A stretch of 64,000 nt of DNA from an uncultured Planctomycetaceae bacterium (lineage in GTDB: Bacteria > Planctomycetota > Phycisphaerae > SM23-33): NCBI GenBank assembly GCA_964472875.1, contig CAYYMD010000005.1, forward strand, positions 7,670-71,669. Direction: 5' to 3'. The position numbers were made by a program, and so were the translations under genes. The notes under the pieces were generated by a model. It made no database searches. It was not told the DNA's origin and was given only the letters and a program-made list of their open reading frames with translations. Position 1 is the first letter of the stretch. Each line of letters begins with the position of its first letter. Positions 56,368 through 64,000 of this stretch are shown in pieces.

Positions 56368-58185
56368 CTATTTAACACGTTTGAAGCGGACGGCCCGCAG
56401 GTTCATCACCGCCATTGCGGGTTTTTTAATCGGTTTGACGGCCAGGTTTATTTTGCCCGACTTGTCGATTTTAACCGTTCCGAGTTTCTCTGTGACGTAA
56501 CTGTCCCATCCGCCGGTTGGCTCTATCTTACCTTTAAGCGTCTGATTACCGACGGCCACCTTGTAAGTTGAGCCGCCGCTGCCGTTATCGCATGCGTAAA
56601 CAATTTCCACATCGAACCGGCCGGGTTTATCGATTTTGAAAGTCCATTCGACCCAGTCCTTGGCGTCGCTCCAGTATCCGATATTGTCGCCGGCCGCCCT
56701 CTGCTCAAGTCTTGCCGAGGAGCCGTGGATTTCGGCATCGGAGGCATTTAGAGATACCACGCCGTTTTCTTCTTGCACCAACATTTTGGAAACGGACAGT
56801 TCGCCCTTGTATTTCACCGCCACCACTGTGTCTATGGCGTCGGGGAGTTCTTCCGGCAAGGATATTGTCACGCCGTGGTCGGAAGAATTGACCTTAAGCG
56901 CTGACCTGCTCTTATCGGCCAGCAGGTAGGCCTTTTTGACCTTATTGTCAAGCCCGCGAAGGTCCAGCACGCCGTCTTTCGGCGCGTCAAATACGTGCAG
57001 ATACATGGTGCCGTCACCGACAGTTATTCTGCCCCACGACGGATGATGCCGCCAGGGCCCATCGCCGCAGCCGTAAATGGATTCGCCGTTGACCTTCATC
57101 CAGTCGCCGATTTCCTTGAGGCGTGTTATAGACGCCTGTGGAATCGTGCCGTCGGCCTTGGGCCCGACGTTCAACAGGTAATTACCGCTCTTGCTGACGA
57201 TGTCCACCAGGTTTCGGATTAGCGTCTTGGTGGATTTCCAGTTGTCGTCGTAACTCTTGTATCCCCACGTGTTGTTCATGGTCATGCAGGTTTCCCAGTA
57301 GTTTTCACTTTTTTGGCCGGGTATGTGCTGCTCCGGCGTGCCGTAGTCGCCGCCGAAGCCCCCGCCCAGACGGTTGTTGGTTATGATGTGCGGCTGGAGT
57401 TTCACCAGCTTATAGAGTTTTCTGGCGCGTTCGGCGTTCATGCCCACCGGCGTGTCCCACCACAATATTCCAAGCGGGCCGTAATTGGTGAGTATCTCGC
57501 GGACCTGTGGAACGGCGATTTCCTCTATGTATTTGTCCATGTCGCCGTCCTGTTTTTTGTCCCAGTGGCCCCTCATCGCGGCGGCGCCGCCGGGATGGGT
57601 CCAGTCCTGCGCCTGAGAATAATAGAAGCCAAGCTTGATGCCGTGCTTTCGGCAGGCCTCGGCCAGCGGCTCAAGAAGGTCCTTGCCGTAGGGTGTGGCG
57701 TCAACGATATCCCACTTGGTTACTTTCGAATCGAAAAGGGCGAAGCCGTCGTGGTGTTTCGAGGTTATGATTATGTACTTCATCCCCGCATCTTTGGCCA
57801 TGCGAACCCATTCGTCCGGGTCGTATTTGACAGGATTGAACTGCTTTGCGTACTGGCGGTATTCGTCCACGGGGATTTTGCCCCTCAGCATAATCCATTC
57901 ACCTATACCGCCGATACGCCTGCCCTTGTACGTTCCGGCCGGCACGGCGTAAACGCCCCAGTGGATGAACATGCCGAAGCGGTCTTCCCGCCACCACTGG
58001 CAGCGCTGCCGGCGCGTCTCCTGTCGCCATTGCCTGAACTGGGCCAAACCGGCATCCTCCGGCGGTTCGCCGTCATAATAAACATCGCTGACTTTGTTTG
58101 CGCCGCCCGCACCGCTGCATCCCGAGACGATTAAGAATACACAAACCGCCGTCGCCGCCACCATCAATCCTGCAATGCTTTTCAT
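56368..58185 (-). CDS. Glycoside hydrolase family 29 alpha-L-fucosidase with C-terminal carbohydrate-binding module
   Basis: It has a lipoprotein-like signal (LIVSGCSG). The GH29 pattern is RFGMFIHWGVYAVPAG...YIIITSKHHDGFALFDS. A beta-sandwich domain of about 150 aa lies at the C-terminus. Confidence 0.85.
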   Translation of the reverse strand: MKSIAGLMVAATAVCVFLIVSGCSGAGGANKVSDVYYDGEPPEDAGLAQFRQWRQETRRQRCQWWREDRFGMFIHWGVYAVPAGTYKGRRIGGIGEWIMLRGKIPVDEYRQYAKQFNPVKYDPDEWVRMAKDAGMKYIIITSKHHDGFALFDSKVTKWDIVDATPYGKDLLEPLAEACRKHGIKLGFYYSQAQDWTHPGGAAAMRGHWDKKQDGDMDKYIEEIAVPQVREILTNYGPLGILWWDTPVGMNAERARKLYKLVKLQPHIITNNRLGGGFGGDYGTPEQHIPGQKSENYWETCMTMNNTWGYKSYDDNWKSTKTLIRNLVDIVSKSGNYLLNVGPKADGTIPQASITRLKEIGDWMKVNGESIYGCGDGPWRHHPSWGRITVGDGTMYLHVFDAPKDGVLDLRGLDNKVKKAYLLADKSRSALKVNSSDHGVTISLPEELPDAIDTVVAVKYKGELSVSKMLVQEENGVVSLNASDAEIHGSSARLEQRAAGDNIGYWSDAKDWVEWTFKIDKPGRFDVEIVYACDNGSGGSTYKVAVGNQTLKGKIEPTGGWDSYVTEKLGTVKIDKSGKINLAVKPIKKPAMAVMNLRAVRFKRVK

Positions 58186-58373
58186 TTGTTCGCTCCTTGA
58201 AATATCATACCAACTGAAATTTCCGAACTACCCGCATAATTAATTGTTGTCTTTGTTGCCATCCATAAGCAACCTGTAATTGATGTATTTCGTGCTGATA
58301 ATATTTAGCGCAGAATTATCGCAAAATCGTCTTAGTGTTGTCAAATCCTACTTGTTCGGATAAGAATGTCTTT

Positions 58374-59702
58374 ATGTCCCTTCCGATGGTAGCAATCGTG
58401 GGCCGGCCTAACGTCGGCAAGAGCAGTCTGCTGAACTGCCTGATGGGCAGGCGCATCGCGATAGTCGACGCCACGCCCGGCGTTACGCGCGACCGCGTCT
58501 CCGGCCCGTGCGCGCTGGACGAAGACCGCTGGGTGGAACTGGTCGACACCGGCGGGATGGGAATCGATGACGTGGACAACCTCACAGACCACGTCGAGGG
58601 CCAGATTAACTACGCCGTCTCGGCCGCGGCGGTGATTCTGTTCGTCGTCGACGCTCGCGAAGGGCTGACGCCGCTGGACCGCAAGGTCGCCGAAATGCTC
58701 CGCCGGCAGGACAAGCCGGTGGTGCTGCTGGCCAACAAGGCCGACAAGCCCGGCCTGGCCCTGGAACTCGGCGAACTGCACAAACTCGGATTCGGCGAGC
58801 CGCTGGCGGTCTCGGCCATGCATCGCCTCGGGCGGGATGAGATACTCGAGGCAGTCGCAGAAAGACTACCTACGGACGCCGCCGCCCGACCGCCGGAGGC
58901 GGTCATGAAACTTGCCGTCATCGGCAAGCGCAACGCCGGCAAGAGCACGTTCATAAACACGCTGGCCGGCAGCGAGCGGGTCATCGTCTCCGAGACTCCC
59001 GGCACCACGCGCGACAGCGTGGACGTCAGCGTCGATATGGACGGGAGAACGTTCGTGCTAATCGACACCGCAGGCGTCCGCAAGAAGCGCAAAATTGCCG
59101 ACTCGGTCGAGTATTACAGCATCGCCCGCACCAACCGCTCCATCCGCCGCGCTGACGTGGCCGCGCTGCTCATCGACGCCTCCGTGCCCGTCTCGCGCGT
59201 GGACAAGCACCTGGCCGGACTCATCGCCGAGCAGCACAAGCCGGTCGTGCTGGTGGTCAACAAGTGGGACATCGCCGCCGAAAAGACCGAACCCGACCAG
59301 TACTCCGATTACCTCCGCAAGACCTTCCCGCAGTTCGACTACGCTCCGGTGAGTCTCACGGCCGCGATTGACGGCACGAACGTGCCCCAGACGGTCGAAC
59401 TGGCCGAGCAGTTATACGAGCAGGCGAACTCCCGCGTGCCGACCGCCCCGCTGAACGAGGCCGTCGAAGATATTATGGCCTCGCACCGCCCGCCGCGCGG
59501 CAGGAGCGGCCGGCCCGCCAAGATTTTCTACGCCTCGCAGGTGGCCACCGCGCCGCCGACAATAGTATGCTTCGTAAATGACCTGGACTGCTTCACACAG
59601 TCCTACCGGCGGTTCCTGCTGAACCGCCTGCGCGAATACGTGCCGTTTGCCGAAGTGCCTATCCGGCTGCTGTTCCGCCCGCGAAGCGGTAGAAATAAAT
59701 AA
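58374..59702 (+). CDS. der: Ribosome biogenesis GTPase Der (EngA)
   Basis: It has tandem GTPase domains (GRPNVGKSSL; GKRNAGKSTF) and a KH-like C-terminus. The ATG at 58374 is preferred over the GTG at 58335. Confidence 0.9.
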   Translation: MSLPMVAIVGRPNVGKSSLLNCLMGRRIAIVDATPGVTRDRVSGPCALDEDRWVELVDTGGMGIDDVDNLTDHVEGQINYAVSAAAVILFVVDAREGLTPLDRKVAEMLRRQDKPVVLLANKADKPGLALELGELHKLGFGEPLAVSAMHRLGRDEILEAVAERLPTDAAARPPEAVMKLAVIGKRNAGKSTFINTLAGSERVIVSETPGTTRDSVDVSVDMDGRTFVLIDTAGVRKKRKIADSVEYYSIARTNRSIRRADVAALLIDASVPVSRVDKHLAGLIAEQHKPVVLVVNKWDIAAEKTEPDQYSDYLRKTFPQFDYAPVSLTAAIDGTNVPQTVELAEQLYEQANSRVPTAPLNEAVEDIMASHRPPRGRSGRPAKIFYASQVATAPPTIVCFVNDLDCFTQSYRRFLLNRLREYVPFAEVPIRLLFRPRSGRNK

Positions 59703-59773
59703 TTTCCGCCAACTTGTCTGCTGCAGGTGGATTCGTGTAACTTGTTCGCTGAAGGCGGAGTCGTGGACTGAAA

Positions 59774-60823
59774 ATGGACCCGGCGAGAATGCACAGGATA
59801 ATGAGCGGCCGTGCGCTCGACCCAGGCGCACACCTGCTGCGTGCGCTTATGTGGACGGCGTGCGGGACATACGCCGCGGCCGTGCGGCTGCGGCGGTGGT
59901 TATACCGCACGAACCCGCTTCTGTCGCGCTCGGCGCCGGTGCCGGTGATATCGGTGGGCAACATAACCACAGGCGGCACGGGCAAGACGCCAATGACCGC
60001 GTGGGTGGTGCAGCGGCTCACCGAATCCGGCAAAAGTCCGGCCATCCTGACCCGCGGTTACAAGTCATCCAAAGGCGCCTCCGACGAGCCGCAACTGCTT
60101 CGCCAGTCAACGGGCGCGGCCGTGGTGGTCAACCCCAACCGCGTGGCCGGGGCCAAACAGGCGGCCGCCGACGGCGCCGACGTGTGCGTGATGGATGATG
60201 GCTTCCAGCACCGTCGCCTGCGGCGCGACCTGGACATCGTGCTGGTGGATGCGACAAACCCGTTCGGCTACGGGTACTGCCTGCCGCGGGGACTGCTGCG
60301 CGAGCCGCTAAACGCGCTGACCGACGCGCACGCTATTGTCATCACGCGAAGCGACATGATTCTCGAAAACCAAATGGAGGACCTGGCCTCCCGCCTGGGC
60401 GAACTGGCCCCGCAGGCCAGCGTGCACCGGGCGGTCCACAGGCCCACCGGCGTGATAGACGAGGCCGGACTGGACGTGCCGGCCCAGACCGCCTCGCGCA
60501 AGCGGGCGTATGCCTTCTGCGGACTGGGCAATCCGGAGAGTTTCCTCGAGACGCTCGCCCACCAGGGCATCCGAGTGGTAGGCAGCAAAATGCTGGCCGA
60601 CCACGTCGGCTACGACAGCCGCAGGATAGAAGCCATCGAGGCCGACGCGCACAGGCAAGAGGCCGAGGTGCTCATAACCACGCAGAAGGATTACGTCAAA
60701 CTCCCGGCCGGGGCGTTCGATATTCCCGTATGGCAATTGGGCGTGGAGATACAGATAACGGCCGGACGCGACGAACTCGTGGAGAAAATTAATCGCGCCG
60801 CACGAAAAGCCACCACGGATTAA
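59774..60823 (+). CDS. lpxK: Tetraacyldisaccharide 4'-kinase
   Basis: The P-loop is VISVGNITTGGTGKTP, with DDGFQHRRL downstream. Confidence 0.85.
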   Translation: MDPARMHRIMSGRALDPGAHLLRALMWTACGTYAAAVRLRRWLYRTNPLLSRSAPVPVISVGNITTGGTGKTPMTAWVVQRLTESGKSPAILTRGYKSSKGASDEPQLLRQSTGAAVVVNPNRVAGAKQAAADGADVCVMDDGFQHRRLRRDLDIVLVDATNPFGYGYCLPRGLLREPLNALTDAHAIVITRSDMILENQMEDLASRLGELAPQASVHRAVHRPTGVIDEAGLDVPAQTASRKRAYAFCGLGNPESFLETLAHQGIRVVGSKMLADHVGYDSRRIEAIEADAHRQEAEVLITTQKDYVKLPAGAFDIPVWQLGVEIQITAGRDELVEKINRAARKATTD

Positions 60824-60827
60824 CGGG

Positions 60828-62039
60828 ATGAATATGAAATTGCAACTGACTGTGTTATTTGTGGCCGCGATGGCGGCCACAGCGGCCCTGCACGCGACGG
60901 AGGATGAGGTGGAAATCCCAACCGAGTCGAAGTGGCAGTTCCCGCGCATCGCGATGTTGTGGTCGGCGGCAGACAATCCCGACACCGGCAAACGACACCG
61001 CCCGAACCAGAAAGGATTCTGGAAAAATGTCGCGAGGCACGATGTGGTGCTTCTGGGCGCGGGCACGCTCGGGCTGGAGTGGACACACGCCAAGTACCAC
61101 GCCATGGTCGAATCTTTCCAAAAGGATTCCATCCCCGCCGCCAGAAGAAATCTCGCCCGCATAAAGGAATTGAATCCGCAGGCCGTCGTCCTGGTGGAGG
61201 TGTACTTCTTCGAAGATGCAAAGGACGCCTACCCTCCCGGGCACCAGTGGTGGCTGCGGGATGAGAAGGGACAAAAGAAGACGTTCTGGCCGGGCACGTG
61301 GCAGTGCGACATCAGCAACGAGGAATATATCTCACACGTGGCGCGGCGGATCGCCGCAGTTCACCGGGCCACCGGCGAGAAGGCCGGCATATTCCTGGAC
61401 AACATCCGCCTCGACAAAAATTCCAGGGCGGCCTGGGAAAAACTGCTCAAGAAAGTGCGAATCGCCTGCGGGGCCGAGATGCCCATACTGGTCAACGCCG
61501 GCTGGAACAGCCACGGCCTGCTGTGGCTGGGAAGGTACGTAAACGGCATCATGTACGAAGATGCAATCAACCACCTTCCCAAAAACGATCCGTCGAAGGA
61601 ATCGTACTACGGCCGTATCGCCGCCCTCGACGCCACGCTCCGCCCGCCGCGCATCAGCGTCAACGAGATATTCGGGTCGCGAGACGATGCGGCCGCGATG
61701 CGGCGGGAACTTATCCGCACGCTTGTCTATACGAATATGTCGTATCTGTATTCCGACTCAACGCAAGGTCACGAGCATCCCTGGTACGACATATGGAGCG
61801 CCCCCTTGGGCGAGGCCGTGGATACGCCGCAGAAGCCCGCACACGGCCGGCTCGCCCGGCGCGACTTCGCCGGCGGGACGGTCCTGTGGCTGCCAAAAAA
61901 CGCCGAGAACCCCGCCACAATCGAGTTCGACTCGCCAATGCTACCTTACGGCAGCGAGAATGAAGTCACAAAAATCACGCTCAAACCAAACCACGGCGAA
62001 ATCCTCCTGAAACCCGAACCAGCCACGAAGCAGAAGTAA
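60828..62039 (+). CDS. Secreted hypothetical protein (possibly a GH114/GHL-type TIM-barrel hydrolase)
   Basis: 403 aa with a signal peptide (LTVLFVAAMAATAALHA). The GIFLDNIRLD and ILVNAG stretches faintly recall TIM-barrel glycosidase-like families. It starts 5 nt after the lpxK stop. Confidence 0.45.
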   Translation: MNMKLQLTVLFVAAMAATAALHATEDEVEIPTESKWQFPRIAMLWSAADNPDTGKRHRPNQKGFWKNVARHDVVLLGAGTLGLEWTHAKYHAMVESFQKDSIPAARRNLARIKELNPQAVVLVEVYFFEDAKDAYPPGHQWWLRDEKGQKKTFWPGTWQCDISNEEYISHVARRIAAVHRATGEKAGIFLDNIRLDKNSRAAWEKLLKKVRIACGAEMPILVNAGWNSHGLLWLGRYVNGIMYEDAINHLPKNDPSKESYYGRIAALDATLRPPRISVNEIFGSRDDAAAMRRELIRTLVYTNMSYLYSDSTQGHEHPWYDIWSAPLGEAVDTPQKPAHGRLARRDFAGGTVLWLPKNAENPATIEFDSPMLPYGSENEVTKITLKPNHGEILLKPEPATKQK

Positions 62040-62047
62040 CCCACGCA

Positions 62048-62254
62048 ATGCCGGCCGAAAAATGCAAATGGTACGAGTGCTGTCCGATAAAGCGTTTCAC
62101 CGACGCCGGGCTGCTGGATGAGAAATGGACGCGGCGGTACTGCCTCGGCGGGCTGTGGAACGAATGCGTTCGCTACAAAATGGAGGAATCACACCGGCCG
62201 CACCCGGACAATATGCTCCCCGACGGTTCGATAGACCGGAACCTGCCGGCTTAA
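62048..62254 (+). CDS. Small conserved Cys-rich protein of unknown function
   Basis: 68 aa: KCKWYECCPIKRFTDAGLLDEKWTRRYCLGGLWNECVRYKMEESHRPHPDNMLPDGS. I recognise this pattern from small proteins of anaerobes and methanogens, but this is from memory only. Confidence 0.55.
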   Translation: MPAEKCKWYECCPIKRFTDAGLLDEKWTRRYCLGGLWNECVRYKMEESHRPHPDNMLPDGSIDRNLPA

Positions 62255-62490
62255 CACCTTAAGAATAATCTGTCATCCGCAGTGACTACATAGTCGCCTT
62301 CGCTTACGGGTTAGGGAACTGGTTGCCCCTCGACCCACAGGCCTTCAATGTGCAGGTCAATGGCTTCATTGATGAATTGCTTCAAAGCTTCGACGCTATT
62401 ACCTCAGTACGCGCAGCCGGGTAGGACGGCAACGTAAGCACAGTAACTGCCATCGGCGCCCCTTCCGATTAATACCAGGTATTTCACCAT
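62251..62490 (-). pseudogene. hicB: HicB-like antitoxin gene interrupted by an in-frame TGA
   Basis: My own translation gives MVKYLVLIGRGADGSYCAYVAVLPGCAY*GNSVEALKQFINEAIDLHIEGLWVEGQPVPNPVSEGDYVVTADDRLFLRC*. The TGA is codon 29 (62404-62406). The HicB N-domain pattern (Y.v.ie..edG.y.a.vpdlPGC...G.t.eEAl....eAi.lhleg....G..iP.P) is clear. Confidence 0.5.
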
Positions 62491-62638
62491 AATCGACCTC
62501 GCCAACGTTTCAGTCTACGCCTGTTTAATGTTCCTTTTGTTTGGCACGTCTATGGTCGGTTTAAGTGGTAGCTCCTAGTAAAGTGCTACGGGTTAAAACC
62601 CGGTACCTGTTTAGCGTGTTAAAATATTTTATTACCGT
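62491..62638 (-). pseudogene. hicA: Decayed HicA-like toxin remnant
   Basis: Pieces appear in two frames: TVIKYFNTLNRYRVLTRSTLL and PTIDVPNKRNIKQA*TETLARSI. They resemble HicA (evIKaLek.Gf..vRq.GSH ... t.VP.H..kdik.GtLrsIlkq). Frameshifts and an in-frame TAG are present. Confidence 0.3.
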
Positions 62639-62943
62639 CCCAAAGGTGTAGGAACGATCTGTATCTTCCGAAGTAACCACATGACGTTGCCTTCCAGCCG
62701 CAGCTTCTTCTTCCAGTAATCATCCCAGGCCTTCTTATTAGTGAATCGCTTGAGGACAATACGAGTCATCTTTGCGGCTCCGGCTCCACACCGGCCGCGG
62801 GCGATGCGCTTGTTGAACGCTTTCTATAGTGAATGTTATAGCATCGGCTGCAGTGCCGCAGGCGTATTTTTGGAAAACATGGCTACAGGGCTGATATCTA
62901 CCAGGATGCTTGCGTATATACGGCCGTCCGTTGAGCAGGTTTT

Positions 62944-63040
62944 CACCGCTTGACGGCCGTGGGGGATTTGCGGAAAATGGCATTCATGCAGGGGTCGCCA
63001 ACATTTGACGACTGGGCGTTGGGGCGGCGGCACGGCCGTA
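62944..63040 (+). repeat. Direct repeat copy 1 (5' part of the IS66-like fragment)
   Basis: ACCGCTTGAC...ATGCAGGGGTCGCCAACATTTGACGACTGGGCGTTGGGGCGGCGGCACGGCCGTATCC recurs at 63901-64000. About 80-85% of positions are identical by eye. Confidence 0.8.
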
Positions 63041-63351
63041 TCCCCGGCCGTCGTGTCCATGTGAACGTCAATCCCGGCGGTACTTCGCATGCGCTCAGCG
63101 TAATCGCGCTGATTGACGATTCTGGTAACGTGGCCGAGCGGATGATCCGTCCTGCGGTGATACTGCGTAAGGTCAGCCAGTCGAACCGGAGCGAGAAAGG
63201 CCCTGCAGTTCAGGCGGTGTTGATGGGCGTGTATCGTACGTTGAATCTCCGCGGCCATGCACCTCTGGCTACGATCACCTCAACCCTGCGAACTTACATG
63301 AGCACCGGCGAACTACCTCCGCTGCCGATAAAATCTGTTGCAGATGGGTAA
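62950..63351 (+). mobile_element. IS66-family transposase C-terminal fragment (truncated)
   Basis: The 133-aa ORF ends DDSGNVAERMIRPAVILRKVSQSNRSEKGPAVQAVLMGVYRTLNLRGHAPLATITSTL. That matches the IS66 C-terminal pattern (DNN.AER.lRp.vi.RK.s.g..Se.G.......l.sv..T.rl.G.nP...l...L). No DDE catalytic core lies upstream. Confidence 0.5.
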
Positions 63352-63407
63352 AGTGTTACAAGAAAATATAGAATAAAACTTAAAACAATGACAGGTTAAT
63401 ATATTAT

Positions 63408-63776
63408 ATGCGAAATATTTATAAATTACGATTATTATGCGATATATTTATAGCCCTATTTTGGTTGTCGTTTTTTATATTTACATTAATAGGTAATATA
63501 ATATTAATTATAGACTTAAATGCGGGTAGGATATTCTTTAATTATTGTATGCATGCGTTATCTGATGATTTGTATATGGCTATATTTTATTATATATATT
63601 TGTTTATTTATGCTATATGGCTATATTCTGGTGGTCTAAATTCAAACCTCTGGAAGTGGTGCCCGCCCTTTGTTATTATTAACAGCGCTTTACCATTTAA
63701 AATATGTCGAATATTATTTGTGTTATTCATAAGTATGTGGTTTCCCATCTTTGCTACGATTGAATTGATAAAATAG
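63408..63776 (+). CDS. Very AT-rich ORF encoding a small polytopic membrane protein (foreign composition)
   Basis: 122 aa, rich in Ile, Phe, Leu and Tyr, with about 4 hydrophobic helices. The first 60 nt contain only 15 G/C, in a window that is mostly GC-rich. It is flanked by the two repeat copies. Confidence 0.45.
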   Translation: MRNIYKLRLLCDIFIALFWLSFFIFTLIGNIILIIDLNAGRIFFNYCMHALSDDLYMAIFYYIYLFIYAIWLYSGGLNSNLWKWCPPFVIINSALPFKICRILFVLFISMWFPIFATIELIK

Positions 63777-63900
63777 GATAGTGTCCTATGATATTTAGAA
63801 GCGCCAGCAACAGGCAAGAAGCAGCGGGTGAAAGTTCCGCCCGGTGAAGGCAGTAGCGACCCACACCGAACATGATTTATTGAATTGCCTTGCTTTAGTA

Positions 63901-64000
63901 AACCGCTTGACTGCCACGGAGGATTAACGGAAAATAACGCTTATGCAGGGGTTGCGAACATTTGACGACTGGGCGTTGGGGCGGTGGCACGGTCGTATCC
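63901..64000 (+). repeat. Direct repeat copy 2 (start of a second IS66-like fragment, runs off the window)
   Basis: It aligns with 62944-63040 and encodes LMQGLRTFDDWALGRWHGRI against MQGSPTFDDWALGRRHGRI in copy 1. Confidence 0.8.

Noticed and set aside
62404-62406. Reading the in-frame TGA in the hicB-like gene as selenocysteine or programmed readthrough.
   Set aside because: I recognise no SECIS-like hairpin immediately downstream. HicB has no known Sec or Cys at this position, and the adjacent hicA-like sequence is also broken by frameshifts and a TAG. Pseudogenisation is the simpler reading.
63811-63860. An SRP-RNA-like string (GAAGCAGCGGGTGAAAGTTCCGCCCGGTGAAGGCAG).
   Set aside because: It lacks the conserved GGAA tetraloop helix-8 context (CAGGUCCGGAAGGAAGCAGC) and I could not fold a convincing extended helix. 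It also lies inside mobile-element debris.
62944-64000. The idea that the two repeat copies are a template/variable repeat pair of a diversity-generating retroelement.
   Set aside because: Mismatches between the copies are not confined to adenine positions; g/t, t/c, c/t and c/g differences are also present. No reverse transcriptase gene is visible in the window.
1-64000. A CRISPR array or other regularly spaced direct-repeat array.
   Set aside because: I saw no series of 25-40-nt direct repeats with uniform unique spacers on either strand. The only repeat clusters are the degenerate short motifs at 17.75-18.42 kb and the two-copy repeat at 62.9/63.9 kb.

Overview
This is a GC-rich bacterial chromosomal segment with densely packed genes on both strands. 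By inference only, it looks like an anaerobic Planctomycetota (Phycisphaerae-like) genome: it has an H-X9-DG pseudopilin-like protein, a sulfatase, many glycoside hydrolases, a PEP-CTERM protein, Rex and hypFCDE. Housekeeping genes (miaB, rsgA, tsaD, dnaX-ybaB-recR, cca, hemL, tmk, holB, rex, HU, rmuC, der, lpxK, tRNA-Phe, tRNA-Leu) are interleaved with visibly lower-GC accessory blocks.

Main content:
- 1-7880, minus strand: a complete TonB2-type energy-transduction cluster (ECF sigma, anti-sigma, TonB-dependent receptor, DUF3450, large ExbB, ExbB, ExbD, TonB).
- 11516-23059: carbohydrate-utilisation genes (URO-D-like, Na+/solute symporter, GH38, GH95-like, porin).
- 36294-39561: an orphan three-gene operon. 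It encodes a zinc-ribbon-MotA/ExbB fusion and two coiled-coil ExbD-like single-pass proteins. This is my best candidate for an undescribed ion-driven machine.
- 46386-51145: hypFCDE.
- 62251 to the window end: a decayed mobile/accessory patch with hicAB remnants, duplicated IS66-like fragments and a very AT-rich membrane ORF.

Other points worth a second look are an A10 slippery run in dnaX with stops in both alternative frames, a 1.24-kb gene-free repeat and palindrome region (17586-18833), and a low-GC NYN gene inserted between tmk and holB. All family assignments come from motif recognition by eye, because no database search could be run.
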